Below, in pieces: positions 1 through 8,268 of a DNA stretch of 42,517 nt; within the stretch, counting starts at the first letter, position 1; every line of letters begins with the position of its first letter. Source of the stretch: Gammaproteobacteria bacterium (GTDB lineage Bacteria; Pseudomonadota; Gammaproteobacteria; Pseudomonadales; Pseudohongiellaceae); assembly GCA_030752195.1 (NCBI GenBank), contig JASMER010000001.1, positions 1 to 42,517 on the forward strand. Direction: 5' to 3'. Under the pieces are notes generated by a model that did not search any database, was not told where the DNA came from, and saw nothing but the letters and a program-made list of their open reading frames with translations. Made by a program: the position numbers and the translations under genes.

Positions 1-2
1 AG

Positions 3-86
3 GCAAGGCTGGTGATGAGCGCAGAGATCTACGTCAAGAATTTCAAGCGCTTCAAGGCAGAGATGCAGGCAGATCAGAAAAACTGA
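3..86 (+). CDS. 3' end of an upstream CDS (partial; product not identified)
   Basis: Frame 3 is open from the window edge and reads ...ARLVMSAEIYVKNFKRFKAEMQADQKN, then TGA at 84-86. A 38-nt spacer containing GGAG precedes the next ATG at 125. The fragment is too short to assign a family. Confidence 0.3.
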   Translation, partial: ARLVMSAEIYVKNFKRFKAEMQADQKN

Positions 87-124
87 AGGCCGGCGGCGCA
101 CTAATTAACTCGGAGTATCCCATC

Positions 125-1423
125 ATGTTCCGCACCACACTTTTATTTGTGGCAACTGCGATCACGTTTTCCTGCTCAACGGACAACGACAGCACGCTGC
201 CGTCAGCAGATAAAGCGCAGCCATTCAATGTCATATCTCCGCGTCAATTTGGTCTTAATCCAGCCAAGGTTGCACAGATCAGACTCGCAATGCAGGGCGC
301 CGTCGATGTGGGGCACATTTCGGGCGCAATGTTATGGGTAGGCAACCGCAGTAGTATCGGTTTGCTTGAGTCCGTGGGCACGCAGACTCAGGATTCACCC
401 ACTCCAGTGACCACCGACACCATTTTTCGCATTTATTCCATGACTAAACCGATAATCAGCGTCGCTGCGATGAGCCTCATTGAATCGGGAAAGCTCGGTC
501 TGGATGACCCAGTGAGCGACTACCTGCCGAGCTTTCTAGATTTGCAGGTGATCGACAGTGCCACCGGCGATATCCGTCCGGCCAACAACACCATGACGAT
601 CCGGCATTTGCTAACCCATCAATCGGGCATAGTCCAGCAGCCCTTTGCCATGAATACGCCACTCGGCCCTTTGTATCGGGACAGCTTTCCCGATGTTCTG
701 ACACGACCGGACCCGGAGGCGGTTGACGCCCGCTTCATGGAAACTTTCAACACCATCAGCATACAGGAACTAGCAGCTCGGATCGGGCAACTACCCGTAC
801 TGTTTGAACCCGGGACCGCCTGGCACTACGGGCACTCAACTGATGTATTAGGCGCTGTGCTGGAAGTCGCTTCCGGGCAAACACTTGACGACCTACTTGA
901 AGACCGAATTTTTGGCCCGCTCGGCATGGAAGACACCAGCTTCTGGGTTGATGAAAAAGATAGGTTTCGCGTTGCCGAACCGATCTTCGGCCCCATGACT
1001 GACAATACCCAGGTTCGGGGGATGCTCGCCGGCGGTCACGGATTAAATTCCACCACAGAGGATTATGCGCGCTTCGCTCTCATGCTGCTGAACGGTGGAG
1101 CTCTGGATGACGCACGCATCCTGTCTGCCTCAAGTCTTGATCTGATGCGCGAGGGGACTCTCGGGCCCGAGGTGTCGCGGCAATATTTTTTCTACGAAGA
1201 CATCGGTGACTGGGGGTTAGGGTTTCATCTGCAGCCCACCACTGATTATCCTGACGGGCCGCATAACTTTGGCTGGCGCGGCATTGGCGGCACCCTATTT
1301 CTTGTTGATGAGGAGAATGACTTCTACCTGATTTACATGGTGCAAAAATGGGGCGGTCCCGACGACACCCCGTTCACCAGTGATATAGCTGCGCGCATGG
1401 TTTACGACGCCATGCGGAACTGA
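125..1423 (+). CDS. Beta-lactamase-related serine hydrolase (class C / EstB-like esterase family), probably a lipoprotein
   Basis: 432-aa ORF with a GGAG about 8 nt upstream. The N-terminal signal ends in ...AITFSC, which is lipobox-like. It has the S-x-x-K nucleophile motif (RIYSMTKPI) and a WHYGHSTDVLG segment typical of this family. Confidence 0.85.
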   Translation: MFRTTLLFVATAITFSCSTDNDSTLPSADKAQPFNVISPRQFGLNPAKVAQIRLAMQGAVDVGHISGAMLWVGNRSSIGLLESVGTQTQDSPTPVTTDTIFRIYSMTKPIISVAAMSLIESGKLGLDDPVSDYLPSFLDLQVIDSATGDIRPANNTMTIRHLLTHQSGIVQQPFAMNTPLGPLYRDSFPDVLTRPDPEAVDARFMETFNTISIQELAARIGQLPVLFEPGTAWHYGHSTDVLGAVLEVASGQTLDDLLEDRIFGPLGMEDTSFWVDEKDRFRVAEPIFGPMTDNTQVRGMLAGGHGLNSTTEDYARFALMLLNGGALDDARILSASSLDLMREGTLGPEVSRQYFFYEDIGDWGLGFHLQPTTDYPDGPHNFGWRGIGGTLFLVDEENDFYLIYMVQKWGGPDDTPFTSDIAARMVYDAMRN

Positions 1424-1430
1424 CCGGCTG

Positions 1431-2147
1431 ATGGAATTTTCCTATCAAGCCATCGGAGTCATTCGCAGCCCTTATCGGCAAAAATTCGCGACACCCAGGC
1501 AGCCGAATCTGGTATCGGAGGCAGAAGCAGATATCCTATTCGAAGATGGCTTTGACCATAAAGACTGCATGCGAGGTCTCGAGCAGTTTTCCCATCTCTG
1601 GCTACTCTGGCATTTTCACCAGACCAGCGAACTGGGCTGGTCCCCGCTGGTGCAGCCACCCCGACTGGGCGGGAAACAAAAGCTTGGCGTATTCGCGAGT
1701 CGTTCGCCATTCCGCCCGAATCCGATTGGACTCTCTGTCGTCAGAAATCTTGGGAGTCAGACAATCAATTCTCGGCTTATCCTGAAGGTTGGAGGCATTG
1801 ATCTGGTCGATGAGACCCCCGTTCTGGATATCAAGCCTTATCTTGCCTATGCAGATGCGGTATCCCAGGCACGCTCAGGCTTCGCGACGGAAAAGCCCGG
1901 AGCATGCTGGGATGTCAACTTCACCGATTCCGCTCTTGAAGCACTATCGCGATACCAGTCCACTTATCCCAACCTGAAGGCGTTTATCGTTTCAGTGCTT
2001 CAGCAGGATCCGAGACCGGCCTGGCGGGCACGCGGCGATGACGACAAACAATATGGAATGACGCTTTACGACCTGAACATCAAATGGCTAGTGACGAACG
2101 GGCATATTGAAGTCCGTGAAATACGCCCGTCTGTGAGTAATGACTAA
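1431..2147 (+). CDS. trmO: tRNA m6t6A37 methyltransferase TrmO (YaeB/TsaA-like)
   Basis: The 238-aa product starts ...IGVIRSPYRQKFATPRQP...FSHLWLLWHFH...RPNPIGLS...DETPVLDIKPY, a close match to the YaeB/TrmO (UPF0066) signature. The gene begins 7 nt after the previous stop. Confidence 0.85.
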   Translation: MEFSYQAIGVIRSPYRQKFATPRQPNLVSEAEADILFEDGFDHKDCMRGLEQFSHLWLLWHFHQTSELGWSPLVQPPRLGGKQKLGVFASRSPFRPNPIGLSVVRNLGSQTINSRLILKVGGIDLVDETPVLDIKPYLAYADAVSQARSGFATEKPGACWDVNFTDSALEALSRYQSTYPNLKAFIVSVLQQDPRPAWRARGDDDKQYGMTLYDLNIKWLVTNGHIEVREIRPSVSND

Positions 2148-3145
2148 TCCTCTGCCTGCACTTCAAGCGTGCGAGCACCTGCAAGAATTCCGACCATGCC
2201 ATAGTTACCTTCATGGCAGGCATATTCGTATAGTGGCTCCTTCATCCGAGAAAGTGGAAACTCACCACTGAATTGAGTGGTAAATGTACTAGGATCATCT
2301 ACCGTAAAACCGTAGATCAGCTTGTTATCGCTGCTGCGGCGAAACCGCTCAGTGACAGTGAGGTTCTCCACACCATAACCACGCAAGCGATGCCAGGTAT
2401 TGAAATGCTTGGTTTCTACTACCAGCGTATCGCCTTCCCAACGCCCAATGGCATCACCCATCCACTTCCTGTGAACCTCAGCTGCCGGGTTGCGCTGATC
2501 GGTAATGGGAATGATTCGGGCGTCATGCACCATTTCGGCAACGATGACCACGTACCCGGGCGACTGCAGAATTTCTAAATGGCTGTTGTAAATGATTGGA
2601 CTCATGACGGGACCGGAAAGATTGCCAAAGGCAACCAGGCAGCGCTCGCCGAGGCTTCGTCCCTCCGGACCATCACTGCTGCGCCCTCTTGTACTCTGAT
2701 CATCGCGCCTCGATTCAAATCGCGGACGCTCGACGCCCGACTGAATGGGTGGCAGTCGCCCGGTAGGGGGATCAATGATTGCCGACGTCCTGAATTCCCC
2801 GTCTATCGTCGGTATGAACTGTGCATCATCGCGCCAAAACAAGTCATAATTGCCGATCGGCGGGAGTGACTCTGCCACCTCGGGAGCCGGTCGATTTGGA
2901 TCGAGCGGTTCATTATCCGCGTCGAACCGCTGCTGCTCCGAGCGCTCCAGCGCAAGAGCCTCTTCTTCGCTGTAGGCTCGCTTTTCTCCGAGGTATTCGG
3001 GCCTCTCGAAAGGAATGATGGATGAATGCTTCCAAACGGCCTGCAAGTCCGGTACGCCCCACTCCGTTCGCGGCAGTACAAATTCCTGTGCGCTAATCTG
3101 ACTGACACAGAGCAAAAGCAAACTCGGGGGTAGCAACTTACGCAT
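2144..3145 (-). CDS. Conserved secreted hypothetical protein (no family I can name)
   Basis: 333-aa ORF with a strong AGGAGG Shine-Dalgarno sequence upstream of ATG 3145. Sec signal is MRKLLPPSLLLLCVSQISAQE. The C-terminus carries the distinctive motif YEYACHEGNYGMVGILAGAR. It is the last gene of a co-directional string. Its stop overlaps the trmO stop convergently by 4 nt. Confidence 0.7.
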   Translation of the reverse strand: MRKLLPPSLLLLCVSQISAQEFVLPRTEWGVPDLQAVWKHSSIIPFERPEYLGEKRAYSEEEALALERSEQQRFDADNEPLDPNRPAPEVAESLPPIGNYDLFWRDDAQFIPTIDGEFRTSAIIDPPTGRLPPIQSGVERPRFESRRDDQSTRGRSSDGPEGRSLGERCLVAFGNLSGPVMSPIIYNSHLEILQSPGYVVIVAEMVHDARIIPITDQRNPAAEVHRKWMGDAIGRWEGDTLVVETKHFNTWHRLRGYGVENLTVTERFRRSSDNKLIYGFTVDDPSTFTTQFSGEFPLSRMKEPLYEYACHEGNYGMVGILAGARTLEVQAED

Positions 3146-3212
3146 GGTGGCCTCCTATCAAACGGTATGCTGTTATCTGATTGGTGTTTCCTGAGCACCT
3201 CAGCCTGGAGAA

Positions 3213-4799
3213 TCACTCAGGTACAGCACAGTAAAAGTTCGCCGCTTCATCCGTACTGCCACTGCCATTATAGCGGGCAAAGGCAGGATAAACGCAAAGT
3301 GGTCGGCTGCGGGTAACCTGGCCACCCTCTATTTTGCTGGCGATTATCGAGTCGGGCGGGTTATCGTTTTCCACCCAGTTTTCAAGCGCGGTGAGCGCGT
3401 CAAACCGATCGGGCCCAGGGCCTCCGGCGCAGTGTCCCATGCCGGGAGCCATGAATAAACGAAAATAGTCTTTAGTCACTGACTCCGCTTGCTCACGGGA
3501 AGTGACATCCGCTTCGGATGCTGCCAAATCCACCACCCGGCTGAAATAGTCAATCGAGGCCAGCGGCGAAATATCCGGGTCACTCCATCCGTGATAGACA
3601 ATCAGCTTGCCTCCGTGGTCACGAAACGCCGACAAATCCGGATCATTCGCATCAACTGCTGACCCGACTGTTTCTATGGCGAGGTCGAGGTCCGAATCAA
3701 AATCAAAACTGCGAAAATCCCAGTCAGCATCATCAAACACAAACCAGCGGAAGAAACCTTCACCGCCACGCCAGTGCAGTGACTGATAGGGCGCAGCGCC
3801 AGTGACCCAGGTTGACCAACCACCGGGCGCCGCTTCGCCTCCGGGCACCAGCCCTGGATAAATCAGTTCTCCCCTGGCATTGCGTACGCCTGACCAAATT
3901 CTCTCAACGGCCCTGACCTGTTTTGGCGTGAGGCAGCTATTACTGTCACTATCCCCTTCACAGCTAAGGCTGGCGGGCTGAAAGTCGCATGCCAAAGGAT
4001 TCATTAATATGCCATCACGAATCCCATCGTCGGCATCGCAGGCGTTGTTAACTGCCTCGCCCAGAGCCTGCAGTTTAGCCGGAGGGATCCAAGATTCCTC
4101 GTCCTCCAACATAGCCAGCGAGTACCAGAGATGCCCGCCGGCATAAAACCGAGTCCAGTCATTGGCAGGATTACCCGCTATGATGCCATCGAAATCATCT
4201 GGATAACGCTGGGCTTCCATCAAGCCCTGCTGGCCGCCTTTCGAGCATCCGACATAGTATGAATACTGCGGCGCCTCGGCATAGAATGCTCTGACGACGG
4301 ATTTAGCGCGCTCGGTGGTCACGTGAAGCGCTCTGTGGCCAAAATCCTCAATCAGGTCCATTCTGCCTGATGCCCAGGAAGCATCAAAGGGTACCGGGCT
4401 TGCCTTGTGGCCCGTGTCTGTGCTCGCGGTCGCGTAGCCTCGAACCAGCGCCCGACCCATGGCGCGATAGCTGATCTCACCTGCCATGCCACCATTACCA
4501 ACAAGCTGTAATTTGCCGTTCCAGTCAGCGATCGGTAACCAGACCTCAAAGCCAATCGCCGGAGATATCACCCCTTCGAGGCGACAGAAACCCGGCAGTT
4601 CGAAGGCGACCTCTTCCCCAGGTGGCGCAAATTGATCAGCAGGCTCCAGGCTGGCTGCGCTAACAGTAGTGTCGAGCAGGTCAAGATCAGCCAATTTAGC
4701 ACACCGTTCAAACACGTCGGCACGAGACTGACCGAGCGTGCTGCTTGAAATCACGGCACAAAAAAAGGCGCCGAGTAACCAGTAACTATTCTGTCGCAT
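3213..4799 (-). CDS. Tannase / feruloyl esterase family alpha/beta hydrolase (secreted)
   Basis: I trimmed ORF 3213-4880 to ATG 4799 because MRQNSYWLLGAFFCAVISSSTLGQS is a proper signal peptide, while the 27-aa extension is not. The protein has the family 'CS-D-HC' signature: nucleophile elbow GCSKGGQQG and a GMGHCAGG histidine/cysteine pair. The start at 4880 remains possible. Confidence 0.85.
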   Translation of the reverse strand: MRQNSYWLLGAFFCAVISSSTLGQSRADVFERCAKLADLDLLDTTVSAASLEPADQFAPPGEEVAFELPGFCRLEGVISPAIGFEVWLPIADWNGKLQLVGNGGMAGEISYRAMGRALVRGYATASTDTGHKASPVPFDASWASGRMDLIEDFGHRALHVTTERAKSVVRAFYAEAPQYSYYVGCSKGGQQGLMEAQRYPDDFDGIIAGNPANDWTRFYAGGHLWYSLAMLEDEESWIPPAKLQALGEAVNNACDADDGIRDGILMNPLACDFQPASLSCEGDSDSNSCLTPKQVRAVERIWSGVRNARGELIYPGLVPGGEAAPGGWSTWVTGAAPYQSLHWRGGEGFFRWFVFDDADWDFRSFDFDSDLDLAIETVGSAVDANDPDLSAFRDHGGKLIVYHGWSDPDISPLASIDYFSRVVDLAASEADVTSREQAESVTKDYFRLFMAPGMGHCAGGPGPDRFDALTALENWVENDNPPDSIIASKIEGGQVTRSRPLCVYPAFARYNGSGSTDEAANFYCAVPE

Positions 4800-4889
4800 A
4801 AGCTTCTCACCAAGTATTGTATTCAAAAAGATTGCAGTCCATCTTAGCTGGTCTGCGTTATCCTGCACCTCAGAATCCATGACGCAAAT

Positions 4890-6080
4890 TCAGATTGTCA
4901 TCGCGGTTCTGAATTCGGCGATCTCTGCCTTGCTGTAGCCAAGATCCTCAAGAATAGACTCGGTATGCTGACCCAAAGCCGGCACTGCGGTCAGCCTGGG
5001 ATCATAGGCGCTACTGTGACCCGGCGGCTGCAAAGCGGTAACCGTTCCGACCGGAGTCTCGACTTCAACGAAACGATGTAAAGCATGTAATTGAGGATGA
5101 TCCCAAACTGCGGCCATGTCATTTGCGCTCGCATTTGCGATCGCCGCTGCATCCAGACTGGCACGAATTTCCGTTGCCGTCTTCCCACTGAAGCTCTGCT
5201 GGATCAGTTCTTGGAGCACTTTACGGTTTTCCGAGCGTCGCTTGTTTGAAACAAAGCGAGGGTCCTTCGCCAAGGTTGCATTACCGAGCACCTCCTCACA
5301 AAAAGCCACCCACTCCCGTTCATTCTGTATACCCAGCATCAGCAGTTTGTCATCTCCTGACCTGAACACCCCGTATGGATAGATACTGGCATGGTCAGAA
5401 CCACTGCGAACAGGCGCCTGCTGCCCATCGTAAGCGTAGTAAAGCGGAAAGCCCATCCACTCCACCATGGCTTCCAGCATCGAGATATCGATACGACAGC
5501 CGGAACCGGTGCGCTGGCGCTGCAGCAGGGCGGCCAGAATTGCCGTGTGCGCTTGAGTACCCGCAGCGATGTCTGCAATGGAAATACCGCTTTTGGTGGG
5601 ATCCTCCGGAGACCCGGTTACTGAAAGAAAACCGGCCTCTGCCTGCACAAGTAAATCATAGGCTTTTTTACTGGCATAAGGTCCCTCCTCCCCGTAGCCA
5701 GTGATATTGCAGACAATCAGCTTCGGATAATCAGTCGCCAGCGCCTCATAGCCAAGGCCCATGCGTGCAGCCGCACTCGGCGCGAGATTCTGCACCAGCA
5801 CATCGGCCTGAGATAAAAGCCGGGCGAGGATACCGTCCGCCTCCGGATTCTTCAAATCCAGGGTCAAGCTTTCTTTTGAACGATTGGTCCAAACAAAATG
5901 CGAACACAGTCCCTGAACACGGTCATCGTAATGCCGGGCAAAATCCCCCTGCTCCCTGCGTTCAATCTTAATCACGCGAGCACCAAGTTCGGCCAGCTGG
6001 CGCGTGCAAAGCGGCGCGGCGATCGCATGCTCCAGTGCTATGACTAGCAGCCCATCGAGTGGAGGGGTAGCTTTTGTCAT
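4890..6080 (-). CDS. Type III CoA-transferase (CaiB/BaiF family), cytoplasmic
   Basis: The 396-aa product has the N-terminus LDGLLVIALEHAIAAPLCTRQLAELGARVIKIERREQGDFARHYD typical of the family and no signal peptide. The start lies 3 nt after the upstream stop. Confidence 0.9.
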   Translation of the reverse strand: MTKATPPLDGLLVIALEHAIAAPLCTRQLAELGARVIKIERREQGDFARHYDDRVQGLCSHFVWTNRSKESLTLDLKNPEADGILARLLSQADVLVQNLAPSAAARMGLGYEALATDYPKLIVCNITGYGEEGPYASKKAYDLLVQAEAGFLSVTGSPEDPTKSGISIADIAAGTQAHTAILAALLQRQRTGSGCRIDISMLEAMVEWMGFPLYYAYDGQQAPVRSGSDHASIYPYGVFRSGDDKLLMLGIQNEREWVAFCEEVLGNATLAKDPRFVSNKRRSENRKVLQELIQQSFSGKTATEIRASLDAAAIANASANDMAAVWDHPQLHALHRFVEVETPVGTVTALQPPGHSSAYDPRLTAVPALGQHTESILEDLGYSKAEIAEFRTAMTI

Positions 6081-6083
6081 CGG

Positions 6084-7961
6084 TTACTCTGCCGTAGGGC
6101 GGAAAGCGAGCAGCACATTCCCAGATGTACCTCCCACCCGACCGTAGCCGGAATTAACCAGCAACAGGCCAGCACCTGCCGCGATGCCATGCGCATCGAT
6201 TGCACCGCCAATACCTTGCACCCCGTTTACGGTGGCGTATTCCCGGACAGTATCGAATTCGAACAGCACATCCCCTGAATCGGCATCCAGTGCCAACAGA
6301 CGTCCGTCAATGGTTCCAGTAATCAGCACGCCATCAATCAACAGAGGTGTCACTGAATGCCCGAACCGGCTATCGCAGCCTTTCAACCAGTCTGCCCGGT
6401 CATCACAAGCGGGCGTCTCGGCCCGGAACCAACCCGGTTCCCCAGTCGCAACATGGAAACTGTATACACCCGGGCGCGGCAGGTAAGTTCCGCGAGCCTG
6501 GCCCGGATCGTTGATTGGCAGGAACACTTTTTCGCCATCGGTCGCGATCCCCCAGTGGTTTCCGCCAAGTGCTGTGCCGGTACCCACGCGCTGGTTCCAG
6601 ATAAGAGCCCCGGTGTCCGGATTCAGTGCCCACAAATCACCGGTTTTCTGCCCGGCAAGCAGCACGTCACCGATGTCCGTCGAAACGATAGCTGCTGAAC
6701 CACCAAAATCTTTATCCGCCAAATTGCTGGGGTGCTGATTCGGACAATTCGGGCCCGCTACTCGCCCACAGGCTGTGTTCCAGACATCATTCCACAGTCC
6801 CTGAAACACCCAGCGCTGGACTCCTGTAGCAAGATCCAGCGCGATCACCGCGTCACTGGTTGGCGTTGCCGGATGAGAGGTATTCTCACCAGTGGTAACG
6901 AATAACAAGCCCCGTGCGGCGTCTACCGTGGGCGTCGACCAGATGGGGGCTCCGGAGGGTCCCCGCAGGCGCACTCCGAGCGAATTGCGCTCGCCGGTAT
7001 ACTCGGCCTCAGGCATCGTGTGATACACCCAGTCGACTTCCCCGGTCGCCGCATCCAGCGCTACGATTTCCCCATGTCCAACGCAACACTCAAAAGTGGG
7101 TGTACCACCCTGGGAGACACCAGAAGCGGACACTGGAACGTAAACCCGCTCCTCATGCAGCACCATCGCGCCAGTTAAACGCACCCCTCTGCCGTGACTG
7201 CGAACATCCTGCGACCAAATTAATTCACCCGTTGCCGCGGCCAGAGCATATACGAAACCCTCTGCGTCACCGTAAACAATGGCTTCGGGTCCGTCTGGAC
7301 CCAGTGGACCGTAGGCTAGCGAAGAGCGCAGTCGAGTCGGCGAGTCAAAAACCCACTTAGCACAGCCACTGCTGACGTCCAGCGCCATTACCTTGCGAGA
7401 TCCGGTCGCCGCGTAGAACACCGTGTCGCCGACGATTACTGGCGATGCCCGCAGCGCACTAACATCAGGAAACGCCAGCGCCCAGGCCACTTCCAGATTT
7501 GCAAAATCTTCTTTGTTTAACCCGGCTTCCATACTGCTCATGTGCCGAGTACTCAGGTAATCAACGCCGAATCGGGCAAGACTAACCCGACCATCCAGAT
7601 CGAGCACGGTCGTTCCAGCGGTACAAAGCGTCGGTTGCAGCCAGGAATCATCAATCTCGCGCGCGAGATACGCGACCACTTCGGATTTCTGTGCATTGCT
7701 CAGCACCGAAGCCTGGCCATACATCACCCCTTCGTTAATAGCGAACTCCAGCGACGCTGCGCTCATAGACTTAAGCGCTTCAAAGCTTGGTGCGATTTGC
7801 GTGGCAGAAGCCTCCGCCTCAGACACATGGCAACTACTGCAATGATCCTTAAAAACCTGTTGTCCTGGCTCGCTCTCTGTCTGAGCGGCAGCGTGACCGA
7901 ACCACAAACCTGTTGTCAGCAGAAGCGAAATTGATTTGCGGCCGTATTCGGAATGTTTCAT
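6084..7961 (-). CDS. Quinohemoprotein: N-terminal cytochrome c domain + PQQ-type beta-propeller dehydrogenase (polyvinyl-alcohol-dehydrogenase-like architecture)
   Basis: I trimmed ORF 6084-8069 to ATG 7961, giving the signal peptide MKHSEYGRKSISLLLTTGLWFGHAAAQ. A CSSCH heme-c motif sits near the N-terminus. It is followed by about 550 aa of Gly/Trp-rich propeller repeats such as ATGELIWSQD, ATGEVDWVY, ATGVQRWVF, DTGALIWNQ and ATGEPGWF. Confidence 0.8.
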   Translation of the reverse strand: MKHSEYGRKSISLLLTTGLWFGHAAAQTESEPGQQVFKDHCSSCHVSEAEASATQIAPSFEALKSMSAASLEFAINEGVMYGQASVLSNAQKSEVVAYLAREIDDSWLQPTLCTAGTTVLDLDGRVSLARFGVDYLSTRHMSSMEAGLNKEDFANLEVAWALAFPDVSALRASPVIVGDTVFYAATGSRKVMALDVSSGCAKWVFDSPTRLRSSLAYGPLGPDGPEAIVYGDAEGFVYALAAATGELIWSQDVRSHGRGVRLTGAMVLHEERVYVPVSASGVSQGGTPTFECCVGHGEIVALDAATGEVDWVYHTMPEAEYTGERNSLGVRLRGPSGAPIWSTPTVDAARGLLFVTTGENTSHPATPTSDAVIALDLATGVQRWVFQGLWNDVWNTACGRVAGPNCPNQHPSNLADKDFGGSAAIVSTDIGDVLLAGQKTGDLWALNPDTGALIWNQRVGTGTALGGNHWGIATDGEKVFLPINDPGQARGTYLPRPGVYSFHVATGEPGWFRAETPACDDRADWLKGCDSRFGHSVTPLLIDGVLITGTIDGRLLALDADSGDVLFEFDTVREYATVNGVQGIGGAIDAHGIAAGAGLLLVNSGYGRVGGTSGNVLLAFRPTAE

Positions 7962-8268
7962 TCTTGGTCTCGGAATATTTTTGGGCCAAGGTGAATGCGC
8001 GTAACACCAAGGTATTACAAACTGCGGCGTCGTGAAAGACTTTGGGCCCATCCGAGTTGCCGGCGACACCAGGCGATCACAAGGCCAGGATTTGCACTTT
8101 TGCTACATCTTTCTCAGTGGTACCCTGGCTGGGCCGCGCGGAGAGCAGCATGCCATAAATGTTCCAGAACGGATCAAGACTACCCGGCGTCTTTTGATCG
8201 CAGGGCTATCGATCCATTCGAGCCAGCGCCTCAATCAAGCCAATTACAATCAGAAAAAGGCTAGGACC

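Noticed and set aside
3213-4880. Temptation to call the tannase-family enzyme an MHETase/PET-pathway or PVA-pathway hydrolase.
   Set aside because: Only family-level motifs (GCSxGG and the HC pair) are visible, and substrate-specificity residues cannot be judged without alignment or structure. I keep the family-level call only.
7962-8268. Overlapping N-terminal extensions of the two divergent ORFs (6084-8069 minus and 8032-9945 plus).
   Set aside because: Both extensions precede good internal ATG codons that are followed by classical signal peptides. The extended forms would overlap each other and bury the signal peptides. I treat the region as a shared promoter region.
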